Assembly (NCBI RefSeq): GCF_006345805.1
Contig: NC_043001.1
Span: 49,042,001-49,106,000 of the forward strand
DNA from: Octopus sinensis
Lineage: Eukaryota
Length of the DNA: 64,000 nucleotides
Direction of reading: 5' to 3'
The position numbers and the translations under genes are program-made. Positions 39,131 to 52,017 of this stretch are shown here, piece by piece. Each line of letters begins with the position of its first letter. Within the stretch, counting starts at the first letter, position 1. The notes beneath the pieces were generated by a model that did not search any database, had not been told where the DNA came from, and worked only from the letters and a program-made list of their open reading frames with translations.

Positions 39131-39441
39131 ATTAGCGTTATGAATCGTCACAAATATCAATGTTTTTATTGGTAAGAAGCTTCTCAACCACGTGGTTCCA
39201 AGTTCAGTCCCAGTGCGCGGCAAGTGTCTTCTACTATAGCCCGGTTCGAAAATATAAGGACCAGCTAAAAACGGTGTTTCTCGGGGCTAAAACAACAGTA
39301 ACATCGTCCCTTGTAGGACAGCCATATTATGTTGGCAATTAAATTTTACTATAAAGAAATGCTACTGTATGTCTCTCTCTGAGAAATTTAGAAATAATAC
39401 TATATATATATATATATGTGTGTGTGTATGTGTGTGTGTGC

Positions 39442-39517
<76 letters not shown>

Positions 39518-39814
39518 TTATATATATATATATGTATATATATTTAGGTATGTGTGTCTTTGAGTCTGTGTTTTCCTCCGCCACCACCGCTTGACAACCG
39601 ATGTTGGCGTGTTTACGTCCCTGTAACTTAGCAGTTCGACAAAAGAGACCGATAGAATAAGTACCAGGCTTACAAACAATATGTTCTGGGGACGATTTCC
39701 TCGACTAAAAGGCAGTGCTCCAGCATGGCCACAGTCAAATGACTGAAACAAGTAAAAGAAAAGAACGAAAGAATAAATAAAAAAAAGAAAGACGAAGTAT
39801 TTACGATACAGATG

Positions 39815-39848
39815 GTGACCATGGCAACGACGCTGTTACGATGGTGAC
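39815..39848. promoter_or_regulatory. Tandem RFX X-boxes GTGACCATGGCAAC and GTTACGATGGTGAC
   Basis: One exact and one near match, 6 bp apart. Confidence 0.55.
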
Positions 39849-40975
39849 ACAACACCATTTTTGAAGGTTCTAGCTTCTTTCATATGCATGTTTCTCTCTC
39901 TTGCATAAACTAATCCAAGTTATTCAGTTTAAGCAATTCTAGAGAAACAACTTAAGCGAAATCCTAAGTTTCGTGTTAATTTCCAATGTCAGAAGATACA
40001 ATATTCTTTTCTCCAGTTATTACTTCCATGCTAGTAATTATTTCAATAGTCAGTGGATTAAACTTTCCTATTTAGAATTGGTACCGAAGCAGTTTCGAAT
40101 TGTCCAGTTAAGGACGTTTTCTGTAAACACTTTATAAATCTGGACTATTGCATTATTTCTAACAACTGACGAAACAGAGAAAATCCTTTTTAACTCTTGT
40201 TTTATTGAAAGACAATCTGTCGACAAAGGAGGGAAGATTTTGACTATGCTGACAAGATCCATTCGGAGATTATTCATCTAAGATTTACAATCTGTATCAG
40301 TCTTATCCAACCTTTATACATTCTGACTATGAAGTCAACACACGCTGGGATCAGCCGTTAAATAATAACACGTTCACTTATCTAGCAAACAGTACTTACC
40401 CAATCCTTTCCTAACTCGGTGACCATCTCGTTAACATTTAAACACTGTGGCCATCTCAACATTTAATCATAGCATGGACACAAATCTATTGCAAGTCGGC
40501 ACTTAAAAATTTCTCTACTCTCAAAAGTTAAGAAAAACACGCCTTAAATTAAAGTTACTCTTTCTTACTTTGACACTAAAATACAACATTTCTATCCCTT
40601 AGAAAGAAGTCAGCCATAGCAAAAGACACACGCTGCAATACAAAAAAGTATTAACGCAAGTAATCTCCCATTCATACACATAAATTTCCAGAATGCAGTT
40701 TTATGTCGGTGAAGTTATTATCTTTATGATTATACTCGTAGTCATTATGTCGGTAAAATATTGGGGCAAGAAGGAATAACGTTGAGTGAGTATTTAACTA
40801 GAAATCTATGTCAGTGACAGAGAAGATTAACTAGGTTGTCTATTGTCTTCTGCTAATAATCAGATCAGTTTGTATCTCTACTCCATCACCTATATATTGT
40901 AAAACTGTAATTTTTATTGTATGTGTTCCACAGAAATGTACATTATAATACCCATACATACGGACATACATGCAT

Positions 40976-41046
40976 GCCGGAGCGATCTCAAGATTAATCA
41001 GCCGAAATTGCGAGGATGATCCGGTTCTTGACTGAAGATTAGAGGC
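40976..41046 (+). ncRNA. Second candidate non-circularly permuted hammerhead ribozyme
   Basis: GCGAU-C-UCAAGA / CAGCC-GAAA-UUGC / UCUUGA-CUGAAGA-UUAG with extra helix GCCGGA/UCCGGU. Stem II is weak in this copy. Confidence 0.65.
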
Positions 41047-41135
41047 TTCGAATGACCCGTCCGTTTTTTGTGTCGTCTATTTGAGTGTTTTGCGTTCTTG
41101 TCCTATTTTGTTTTTTTTATATATTTTTTATACAT

Positions 41136-41204
<69 letters not shown>

Positions 41205-41672
41205 TGTATGTATGTATGTATGTATGTATGTATGTATGTATGTATGTGGGTGGAATTCTGGTTTAAGTACTCCATACAACCCCTCATAAGTTTTTATCTT
41301 CTGGAATTTTCAGAGAATTTTTGCGAATTTGTGTTCTACTCACGGGAATTCATACGGTTATGAAAGAAGAATTTTTTCATTTTTTTTTTAATTAAAAAAA
41401 AAATTCAATTTTTCGAATCTTTAAAAAAATTAGAGTTTAAAATATGGACAGTCCGAATTTTCTTCGGGATTTATTTAAGATTTTTCATTTGGAGAGTTCA
41501 AGCTGGCCGCTAACCGAGGGGCAAGACTCTTTTGTTTCAGTTCAGTCAGGTGTTGGGTGTTTGTGGTTGTCTAAATAGGTTGATGCGTGTATATACGCAT
41601 CATGTTTCTGTTTGGAGATAACTTATATTTGTGTGGTGGATACGCGTTTCACTTTAGTGCTTACCTGATTGC

Positions 41673-41703
<31 letters not shown>

Positions 41704-41945
41704 TGTATGTATGTATGTATGTATGTATGTATGTATGTATGTATGTATGTATGTATGTATGCAAGCATGTATGCATGTATGTATGTATGTATGTATGTAT
41801 GTATGTATGTATGTATGTATGTATGTATGTATGTATGAATGAATGAATGTATGTATGTATCAATGTATGCAAGCATGTATGTATGTATGCACGAAGGCAT
41901 ATACGTATGTATGTATGCAAGTATGTATGTATGTATGTATGTATG

Positions 41946-41975
<30 letters not shown>

Positions 41976-41977
<2 letters not shown>

Positions 41978-42510
41978 AAAATGGTTCCAGAATATATAGA
42001 AACCCTTGCTCTGGATTGAGTTGGATGGCGAACAAAGGTGTGGAGAGGAGTGAAAGCATTTGAAGAGGCCATAATAATGCAAGTAAGACTCAAAAGAGAT
42101 CTAAGGAAGAATGTATTGATCGAGAAGGTTAATGACAATGACCTTTTTGTGTGCACAATCTGTGACAGACCATGCCTGTCTTTTGCTGGCCTCAAATCTC
42201 ATCTGCGAACGCATGGAAAACAAACCTCCACCAACGATTCTGACTATATGTCTGTGCCCACCTTTGAATGTAGTGTATGCCAGAAAGTTTGCAAATCCAA
42301 CGGCGGCCTTAAAAGACATGTTAAGATCCACAAAGAGCAGAACTTATCGTGCAGATCTTGGTGGTCCAAATGAGAGGTGCAATCTATGTGGGTGTCTTTT
42401 CAGAACATTGTCTGGTTAAAAAACCACATCAGACGCTATGATGGTGCTAAGGAGTAGGTACAGGAGGTGATCAAACTCTGTATAGGGAGTAGACAACCAC
42501 CATATGTATG
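41976..42510 (+). mobile_element. RTE-type LINE 3' end encoding three C2H2-like fingers, in (ATGT)n
   Basis: ETLALD..WRTKVWRGVKAFE (RTE C-terminus), then CTICDRPCLSFAGLKSHLRTH, CSVCQKVCKSNGGLKRHVKIH and CNLCG. Confidence 0.85.
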
Positions 42511-42758
42511 TAATTATTCAGTTTATTTCAAGATTTCCTGCCAATAGAGAAAGAACTGGTTTCTAACCTAGATCCAAGGCTCCTTCGTTGGAATTTCAAC
42601 ATTAGCAACAGGGTATTTTTGCTTGTATGTATGTATGTATGTATGTATGTATGTATGTATGTATGTATGTATGTATGTATGTATGTGCAGATTTGTATGT
42701 TTTATGCATATTTTCTCATGCATATCGTTACATATCTAGACATGCTCATATATATTTA

Positions 42759-42789
<31 letters not shown>

Positions 42790-42820
42790 TGTATGTATGT
42801 ATGTATGTATGTATGTATGT

Positions 42821-43155
42821 ATGCCTCAGTAAAGCTGGACTCAAGAGTCATCTTCGTAGTCATAAAGCGAGACAGATGAGTGACAACCTGGCCACTGGTG
42901 GTGGTGTAATACACCATACTAATCATATCTGTCCGGCATGTGGAAGAGAGTGTAATTCGGCAGGAGGACTTAAACGACTTGCAAAGGTACATGAAGGCCA
43001 GTTACAACTACAGCCGGTAAAGGTATTAGTTGCCAGTTCTGTACAAGACATTGTAGATCTTTAGCTGGGCTAAAAAGTCACATTCGATCACAGCACCAGT
43101 AACAGTTAAGCTTCGTGCAATGGCCATACTCGATAACGAGGGGGCAGCCATAATG
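42821..43155 (+). mobile_element. RTE-type LINE 3' end with C2H2 fingers, in (ATGT)n
   Basis: CLSKAGLKSHLRSH, CPACGRECNSAGGLKR, CQFCTRHCRSLAGLKSHIRSQH*. Confidence 0.85.
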
Positions 43156-43244
43156 TATGTACGTATGTATACGTACATATGTATGAATGCATGTATGAAT
43201 GTTTAGGTCTGTGATAATGTGCGTATGTGTGTGTATGTACATAG

Positions 43245-43870
43245 GTGAATATGCAACTTTCCCTCTCTCTCTCATCAGTAGCTTCCTGTCAGGTCGCACT
43301 ATTCCAACGTGCGTTGACGGTGTCCTATCTTCTTTAGAGTGTGCCCCCAAGGTTTGGTTTTGTCTCCCATTTTCTCTCATCTCTATTTCAGTGACCTACT
43401 TGCCATCTCATCTCAAAACACCCAATATTATGTAGATGATACTACCCTTCATCAAACATTCACCATACACTCGTATTCATCTTCATTCACCATACATTCG
43501 TATCCTAGACGCAGCACATTAGACTGGCTACGATTCTAGGAACAACGACTTCAAAAAGGGATCTACCGATGGAGACATGTCAATCTTTTCTTTCAACAGC
43601 AAGAAAACACAGATGCTATTTATATCAATAAGACCCTTATCGCAACATCCACCTTCATAAACATGAGCTACAATCATCTTGATCCCTCACAATCATTCCA
43701 AGTGTTGATCCTCCCTACCACTAAGGATTTCACTAAGGATCACCACTAAATATTTCATCTTTAACATAGCTTGGATCGCATCTCACCCACTGGTCCTTCT
43801 CTTCAGGGCCAGATAATACATCAACACGCAACAATTATTAACATGCTACAAAGCTCAGGTGAGGCAGCAT
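43245..43870 (+). pseudogene. CR1-group LINE reverse transcriptase fragment
   Basis: ISSFLSGR, PQGLVLSP, YVDDTTL, NSKKTQ, YKAQVR. Confidence 0.8.
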
Positions 43871-43986
43871 CGAGTCATTCGCAGACATACTCCAGCCTTT
43901 GACTTACTGTTGAGTTGTCTCAAGCGATTAGGCTCTTTGAACATATTGTTTTACTATACTGAAATTTTCCTAAGAAATGATGTTAG

Positions 43987-44069
<83 letters not shown>

Positions 44070-44125
44070 GTCTATCCATCCATCTGTCTGTCCATCCATC
44101 CATCTGTCTGTCCATCCATCCATCC

Positions 44126-44196
<71 letters not shown>

Positions 44197-44252
44197 GTCC
44201 GTCCGTCCGTCCGTCCGTCCGTCCATCAATCTGTCTGTCCGTCCGTCCGTCC

Positions 44253-44291
<39 letters not shown>

Positions 44292-44349
44292 CGTCCGTCC
44301 GTCCGTCCGTCCGTCCATCTATCTATCAATCTATCTATCTATCTATCTA

Positions 44350-44391
<42 letters not shown>

Positions 44392-44472
44392 CGTCCGTCC
44401 GTCCATCAATCTGTCTGTCTGTCTGTCTGTCTGTCCGTCCGTCCGTCCGTCCGTCCGTCCATCTATCTATCA

Positions 44473-44547
<75 letters not shown>

Positions 44548-44620
44548 CGTCCGTCCGTCCATCAATCTGTCTGTCTGTCTGTCTGTCCGTCCGTCCGTCC
44601 GTCCGTCCGTCCGTCCGTCC

Positions 44621-44675
<55 letters not shown>

Positions 44676-44697
44676 CGTCCGTCCGTCCGTCCGTCTG

Positions 44698-44788
<91 letters not shown>

Positions 44789-44812
44789 GACTGTCTGTCC
44801 ATCTATCTATCT
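43987..44812. repeat. Compound (TCTA)/(TCTG)/(TCCG)/(TCCA) microsatellite with higher-order blocks
   Basis: Read directly; recurrent ccatcaatctgtc and ccatctatctatcaatc junctions. Confidence 0.97.
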
Positions 44813-45010
44813 AATAAGTACCAGTTGAGCACTGGGGTCGATGTAACTGACTTTCCCTCTCCCCTGAAATTGCTGGCCTTGTGCCAAAATTTGAAACCAA
44901 TGTTTTCACTGGGATTGCAATATACTTACATAATTACTATCAGGATCCATTTTCTTAGTTTCATAAACATGCTTCACGATGTTAAACGTTTTTATGATAA
45001 TGGGCTAGAC

Positions 45011-45290
45011 TAGTGGTTCTCAACAGGAGTCCGTATGGCCCCTTGAGGGTCCACATAAGATTTTGATGTCAAAATTTATCGGCAGTAAACCGGTAATATT
45101 TCTACAATACACAAAATACCTTAAAAAATTATTTTATACAATTCTTAATAATATTTAGTTATAAAAATATGATAGGGCTTTTGAAACATTGAATGGTGAG
45201 GATTTTGAAACGTTGAATCACCAGGAGGGTCCATCCGAGTAAAATAGGAATCAAAGAGACCATAGGTAAAAAAATGACTGAGAAACATTG
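45011..45290. mobile_element. hAT MITE, same family as 9296-9636
   Basis: tagtggttctcaac / gagaaacattg ends; flanks ggctagac / agttagac. Confidence 0.75.
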
Positions 45291-45729
45291 AGTTAGACAA
45301 AGGTTTGAGGTTTATCGTTCACTTGCTTCAGTCATTAGACTGCAACCATGCTGGGGCATCATCTTGAAGAATTCAAGTCGAACGAATCGACCCCAGTACT
45401 TATTCATTTTAAGTCTGGTACATGTTCTATCGGTCTCTTTTGCCGAGCCGCTAAGACGCGAGGACGTGAACACACCAACAATGATTATCAAGCAGTGGTG
45501 GCGGTGGTGGTGGGGAGTAAACACAGTCGCAAAGACACACACAAACGCACACACACATGCGATGGATTTCTTTCAGTTTCCGTCTACCAAATCCGCTCAA
45601 AAGGCTTTGGCCGGCCCGAGCCTATTGTAGAAGCCATTTGCGCAAGGCGCCTCGCGGTGGGATTGGACCCGGAACCGTTTCGTTGGAAAGCAACCCTCTT
45701 TCCAAATGGCCACACCTACGCCTAATATT

Positions 45730-45960
45730 GAAAAAGATAAAATACAGATTTTCATTCTGGTTTATCAAACCGCACCAAACTGCTTCTGGCTTTGTTCTTT
45801 TGTATGAACAGTTCTCAAATTCAGCAACTCTTCTTCGTTCGTGTTCTACTCGATTTCTTCTTTGAAGTTCTTGGTATTCTTCATGCTGTGCTTCGTTCAT
45901 GTTATTTTGTCGCACTTTCTCTCGATGTTACCACATAACAAACTCATTGTTCACCGTCCG
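45730..45960 (-). pseudogene. Possible Helitron N-terminal coding remnant
   Basis: Charged helical EAQHEEYQELQRRNRVEHERRR followed by CG. Resemblance only. Confidence 0.35.
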
Positions 45961-47584
45961 TGCTGTCTTTGTATCTTCTAGCTTTTACATTGATACAGCA
46001 GGTACAATAACTTTCACATTCGTGCTGAGTCATAATGGCTCTTCTTAACATTTGGTTTTGTCTTAAACTTTTTCATATTTTTCGTCTTTGTTCTTTCTTC
46101 ATCATTGTCTGTATCCTTTTGTTTTGTCGCTTCAAATTTTCGATTTCGTTTCATAAATGTGAAGTGAGAATAAAATTTACAGTGCAAAAATATTTCAGAA
46201 GTGTGAAAAGATAATAAAAGATATTTAAAAAAAACATGAAACTATAATAGCTTCTTTCTGTCTTACTGTCAGTTTCCTCATGAAAGAAAAAGTGAAGGTG
46301 AAAATGTTTTCTTAGGAACAAAAAAGTGTAAGTATTGTCCTTGAAAAGGGTATGAAGGAACGCTAGAAACTCTGATTAACATTCATGCATACTTCCAAGT
46401 ATACTAAAATTATTCCCACAATTTTTTTATCCCTCTTGAATGGAAGATCGCTTTCATCTTTAGATGCTGAAAATTTATCTAAGGCGTCGAAAAAATGCAT
46501 TGCACTGGGTGTAAAACCGCAAATGCTGAAGCGAGTGGGCGTCAGTGAAATTTGCCATTTTGAAAAATGCAAACAAAATAAAAGTTTCTGCAATGACGAA
46601 CTCATTGTTATTTATAAAAAAGTAACTTGCTCAAAGAGCAAATACTTAGGAAAAGTGTAAGACGTCCATCTATGTGGTTTCATGATAAAATACAATGCAA
46701 CATTTTACTTGTTTCCACTCTGAACATTCCGACAATGGTACACTTCGAACATTGCGATTGGTGGTGCTTTGAAAATAACGACAGCTGCATCTAAGATCTT
46801 TATCTTTGTGTGTTGTTACTATAAATATTGTATGTAATGACGGCAACTGCACTCTCTTTCGCTTTTTTTCTTCTTTCTGATAAAATTTTTTAAGTGATCC
46901 TTTCTACTACACATATAGCGGCTGGGCCTTCTACTCTGCAGCACATTCTGATTGATATCTCATAATTAAATTTGCAAATGAGGGGTCTGTTTTCATCCTC
47001 ATCGCTGTCCCAGATTTTTGTCAATGAAAATTCTTATCAATCATAACATAGTTATTCTCTGAAATTAATTTTTGTCCTTCTATGGTCTTAAAGCTGTTAC
47101 TGTTGTTATTATTAGCCAGCAGCCATCAGAAAATCAGCATCTACTACCGTGTGCATTTCGTAAAAAACACATGAGGTTACAAAACTGATACCATGAATGA
47201 TTTATTAAATTTTCTTCAATTTATTTTTCCTTCTCTTATAGCATGACTAAATTCGATTAAACAATTGAAACCCGTAGCATGTTTTGTTAAAGATGTAAAT
47301 ATTTTCTTACGTTTATTCAGGATAAAGTTCTCAAAACATTTTCTCCTTTTATTTTTTCACACACACGCATATACACTCATAGCATACACACACATATATA
47401 CACAGATACATACACATACATACAGACAGACAGAAGTACATACATACATACATACATACATACATACATACATACATACATACATACATACATACATACA
47501 TACATACATACGTACATGCCTTCGTGCATACGTACATTATATGTGCGACAATAGCAACTCTACAATATTGATTCTATAAATGCT

Positions 47585-47860
47585 GGTTTGTGGTCAAGGG
47601 ATTGCGTGTTCAAATTTCAGACCGGGTGATGCGTGTATTTATGAACGAAACACCTAAGCTCCACGCGGCTCCGGCAGAAGGTAATGGCGAACTTTTGCTG
47701 ACTCTTTCGCCACAACCTTCTCTCACTCATTCCTCCTGCATCTAGCAGCTCACCTGCGACGGACCGGCGTCCCGTCCAGGTGGGAACCTTTACACCAATG
47801 AAACCGGGAAACTGGCCCTTATGAGCCAAGAATGGCTCGAGAAGGAACAAACAACAGCAC
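47585..47860 (+). mobile_element. tRNA-type SINE, family D
   Basis: B-box-like gttcaaatt, cctgcgacggaccggcgtcccgtccagg core and (AAC) tail. Confidence 0.6.
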
Positions 47861-48244
47861 ACATGCAGATTTATAGAAAATATATAATTGTGTGACATTT
47901 ATTCGCTTCTTTATTACATTAGGGATGTAAGCGAAACGAAATAGCTTACTACCGAGGAATCGAAACCAGGTTGTAGAAACTATTAATTTGAAGTTCATCT
48001 TGTTTACTCTACAGTACTTACCACTATGTAACACTATATTTTATATTTTACTTTGCAGTGAATGATGATCTCTCATTTATAAGACGGCAACGACCACATT
48101 TATGATGAGCTCAAGCGAAAGTGTGAAATATAAACCATAAAACTGATTACCTTGTTGTTGTTTTTAGTAGTTAGAACATTTCCATTATATGCTAACATCC
48201 ACTCATTTGTGTTCTAAACGCAATGCTTCTAACATTTTGATTTC

Positions 48245-48280
<36 letters not shown>

Positions 48281-48954
48281 ATTAACGTCCCTTTAGCCAT
48301 GCTGGCATGAGCTGGACTGTTTGGCTAGAAGAGACGAGCCAGGTTCTATGTCTGCTTTGGCATGGTTTCTACTACTGGATGGCCTTCTTAATACCAGCCA
48401 ATGAACAGAGTATACTGTTTTTACATGGCACCAACACTAGTGATGTCGCCATGTACCTGTAAGATAAGAGTGGGATATAGACTGGAGGAATAAGAAAGTA
48501 TGATAGAGAGAGAGAGGAGCAGGTGTCTTGCTGAAAAGGTGAACACATGGCTTACCCACCATATCTGCTATATTTATCTAGAGGTCAAGAGGGCGAACTG
48601 GAAGAGTCATTAGAGTATGAATAAAATGCCTCGTAGTATTAGTTTCCGATTCTCTGCACTCTGGGATCAAACCCTGCTAGAGTCAACTTTGCCTTTCATT
48701 CTTTTGAGATCGATAGAAAAACTAGCAACCCTTGGTTGTAGATTGGCGAACGGGAAATGCCTTGGGCTATCTGTCTTGTCCGACTCTGAGCAAATCCTGC
48801 CATATCACCGAAAGACGATGTAAATCCTGCCATATTACCGAAAGACGATGTAACAGACCGTATCCGTGAGAGATAGCATCAACAATTAAAGAAAACCAAT
48901 GAAAATAGTTTACTTAATTCGATCAGAAGATAGATTTCTACCACTCAACATGTA

Positions 48955-49520
48955 GATTCCCCCCGTACGGCACGAATGTAGCCACTAACATAGCTAGAAA
49001 ATTCCTAAAAATAATAGATAACCACTCCCCACACTCACACAAATACCAAAATATCTTCAATAGAAATACGGTTAGAGTCAGCTATAGTTGTTGCCCCAAT
49101 TATACTCAACCACAATAACAATGCTAGGAATATTTTCAAAAGACAATGTAATTGTATTTTCCCGGACAGTTGTCCCTTGAATAAGATGTGCCAAGAAAAA
49201 GCACATCTATACAAGGCCAATATCACGGATTTTAATGGAGAAACAAATACATATATCCGACCGACATGGAACTCCTTCAAAGAAAGATATACACTGCATT
49301 TGGCGTCATTTAGAGACAAAACTAAAAAGCACACGATATATATATCCAATATGGTATGGATACTGAAAGAAACGGGTGTAGCAACCCCCCTATAACTCGG
49401 ATCATTATCACTAAAGCCAATAAATACAGGGGACAGGGTAAAAGATGTAAGCTTTGCATCACTGAAAAACTAAACATCATCCAATCAAAAGTTAATATTT
49501 TAAATACTAGGGATGTTACC
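48955..49520 (+). pseudogene. Penelope-like element linker plus GIY-YIG endonuclease remnant
   Basis: PPYGTNVATNIARKFL, IFNRNTVRVSYSC, CNCIFPDSCPLNKMC, LYKA..TYI..SFKERYTLHLASF, RCKLCITEKLNII..LNTR. Confidence 0.9.
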
Positions 49521-50245
49521 TTCTTTCCTTCTCTCCTTGCATGCATAAGCAACATATTACACTCTGAAATTTCAAAGAGGACTCTCACTTACTTTGCTAC
49601 TCTTCCAACCTGGATAGGTTTTCTTCTCTGAACATTAACTATATACAGCATATGAACTTTATTAACAGAAGACGCATGCCCTCATGTTGAGCTCCTCCAG
49701 CACACAAATATACGAGTGTTACACATACTCAGGATATTATATGATATACACAAACTTATCATTGAACGATCCCATAATTTTACATTCCAATAAATCAAAC
49801 TTGACGTCAAAATATGTGTAAGATACATGAAGTTACACAATCATTTGTACATACCCAAACACGAACAAAATGCATAATGCAAATGCACAGATGTGTACGC
49901 GTATGTACACATATGTGTATTTTGTTTGTATGTATGTATTTTGTATGTATGTATGTATGTATGTATGTATGTATGTATGTATGTATGTATGTATGCATGC
50001 ATGCATGCATGTATGTATGCATGTAGGTATGCATGCTTGTATGTATATCTCTATATACATATATAAATATATACGTACAACATATATATATGAACATGTA
50101 GGTATGCATCTCCATGTATACATGTATACATACATGTTTACGAAAACAAACAAAGGTTTACGAAAACAAACAAAAAACAAAGGCAGGTGGATTACAAACA
50201 AACAAATGTATTAGTATAGCGCTGAGGAATAGAAATAGAAAAAGC

Positions 50246-50281
50246 CTTTTACGTTTCGAGCCTAAGCTCTTCGACAGAAAG
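50246..50281 (-). ncRNA. Minimal type I hammerhead-like motif with core variant CUGUCGA, within a PLE-terminus-like repeat (about 50135-50345)
   Basis: CUUU-CUGUCGA-AGAGC-UUAG-GCUC-GAAA-CG-UA-AAAG. Confidence 0.6.
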
Positions 50282-51020
50282 ATACACAGAAAAAAAACAA
50301 GGAGAGAAAAAAATGCGTGTAGGAGCTAACGATCTATCATGGCACAATATATTATATATATACATATGTATTACACACACAGGTATGTATGTATGTATGT
50401 ATGTATGTATGTATGTATGTATGTATGTATGTATGTATGTATGTATGTATGTATGTATGTATGTATTTATGTATGTATGTATGTGCAGGTGTGTGTGTGC
50501 ATCTACATGTGTACAGCTACGTTATCTTGGGCTCGTTCCCTTAGCAAACCAATCGGAAATAAAAAAGTTTAAATACAGTATGAATACATGTAACGAAATC
50601 ATTTAGAGAACAGACACCAAAATAAGGATACATTGAAAAAATACAGGCAGACATTAAATGAATTTTAATGCAAAATATTACACTTTGAAAAGCACTGTAA
50701 CATTTCATGGCAGTACACACAGAGTTTCACACAGATGTACAAATGGGATAATAACCTTGTAGGTGTGCAACACATACCAGAGCAGGATACATTGAAAGAT
50801 ACAAGCAGAGATTAAATCAATTTTAATGCGGCAGTACAAGCAGAGAAGTATAGAAAAAAAAACTGGACTAATAGTTGGAAATAGGCAAATGAAAAAGAAG
50901 AAAAAAAGCAGGCAGGTGTAAGAAATAAATAAGCAGAGATACATCAATTCATAGACGAATACATTTAATCAAGATTTGGACCTGGGAGCAGGCTCATAAC
51001 GGCTTACCACTGTGTTAGAT

Positions 51021-51391
51021 GGGGATCTCGGTACTATTTAAATACAGAGGTCCCGACGCATCTACGTAACCCTAACCCCAACCCTAAAAACTAATCCTAA
51101 AACTAACCCTAACCCTAACCCTAACTAACCCTAAAACTAACACTAACCTTAACTTACCCTAACTCTAACCCTATATAATCCTAAAATTAACCCTAACCCT
51201 AACTAACCCTAAAACTAACACTAACCTTAACTAACCCTAAAACTAACACTAACCTTAACTAACCCTATCTCTAACCTTAACTAATCCTAAAACTAACCCT
51301 AACCCTATCTCCCTAATGAGTGCGCACTGTAAAAACATACCGTTACGTAGATGCATCGGGACCTCTGTATTTAAGTAGTGCCGAGGTCTCT
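51021..51391. mobile_element. MITE-like element: about 48-bp inverted repeats enclosing degenerate telomeric (TAACCC)n
   Basis: 51023-51070 versus 51342-51389 with few mismatches; interior about 240 bp of TAACCC variants. Confidence 0.85.
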
Positions 51392-52017
51392 CCTTATCCG
51401 ATGCTCTATAGGGAGCGATCAGAACAATGATTACGATATAGAGTTTTAAAAAATGTATATTTCGAGCCTAAAAACTCATTAGGCCGGACCTGATCTCAGT
51501 TTCCATAGTGTTTAAGTGTCATAGAGTACAAGACTCTCCTTGTATTCTATGGACTCCAGACTGGACTCCAGTCTGGACAGTGGCAGATTGGACTCCAGTC
51601 TGCCACTCCTACCAGTTGTCGCAGGTATTGACTTTCAACTGCATAGATTAAAGTAACGTGAAATGAAGTGCGTTGTTTAAGAACATAACGCAACGGTTCA
51701 TACTCTGTTCAGAGAAATGGACCCACGACCTGCAGAACATAAGGTCAACATTCAAAAATACTTGACCACATACTATTTATAAACGTATGCGCGTGCGCAC
51801 ACGCACAAATACATACACACACACACACATGCACACACTATATCACATACTCACACGCACACACTCGCACACACATCTCTCATATATACAGATAACGAGA
51901 TGTAGAAAATGTTTAGCGTCAACCATGGTTCTGTCTTCGAGCTTTTGGTAATTAAATGTCTTGAGTACGGTTACACTAGTAATAGAATATAATATTGTCA
52001 AACTGGCAAACATGTGA

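Noticed and set aside
40068-40277. 69-aa minus-strand ORF in unique sequence
   Set aside because: No recognisable motif or splice support; the length is compatible with chance.
41976-43155. Host C2H2 zinc-finger gene
   Set aside because: No TGEKP linkers; frameshifts; preceded by an RTE C-terminal motif; a duplicate copy with the same 3' UTR is at 22404.
43859-45013. 384-aa ORF, the longest in the track
   Set aside because: It is a translation of the compound tetranucleotide microsatellite plus a SINE tail.
51067-51310. True telomere or chromosome fusion site
   Set aside because: Short, degenerate, single orientation, and enclosed by inverted repeats.
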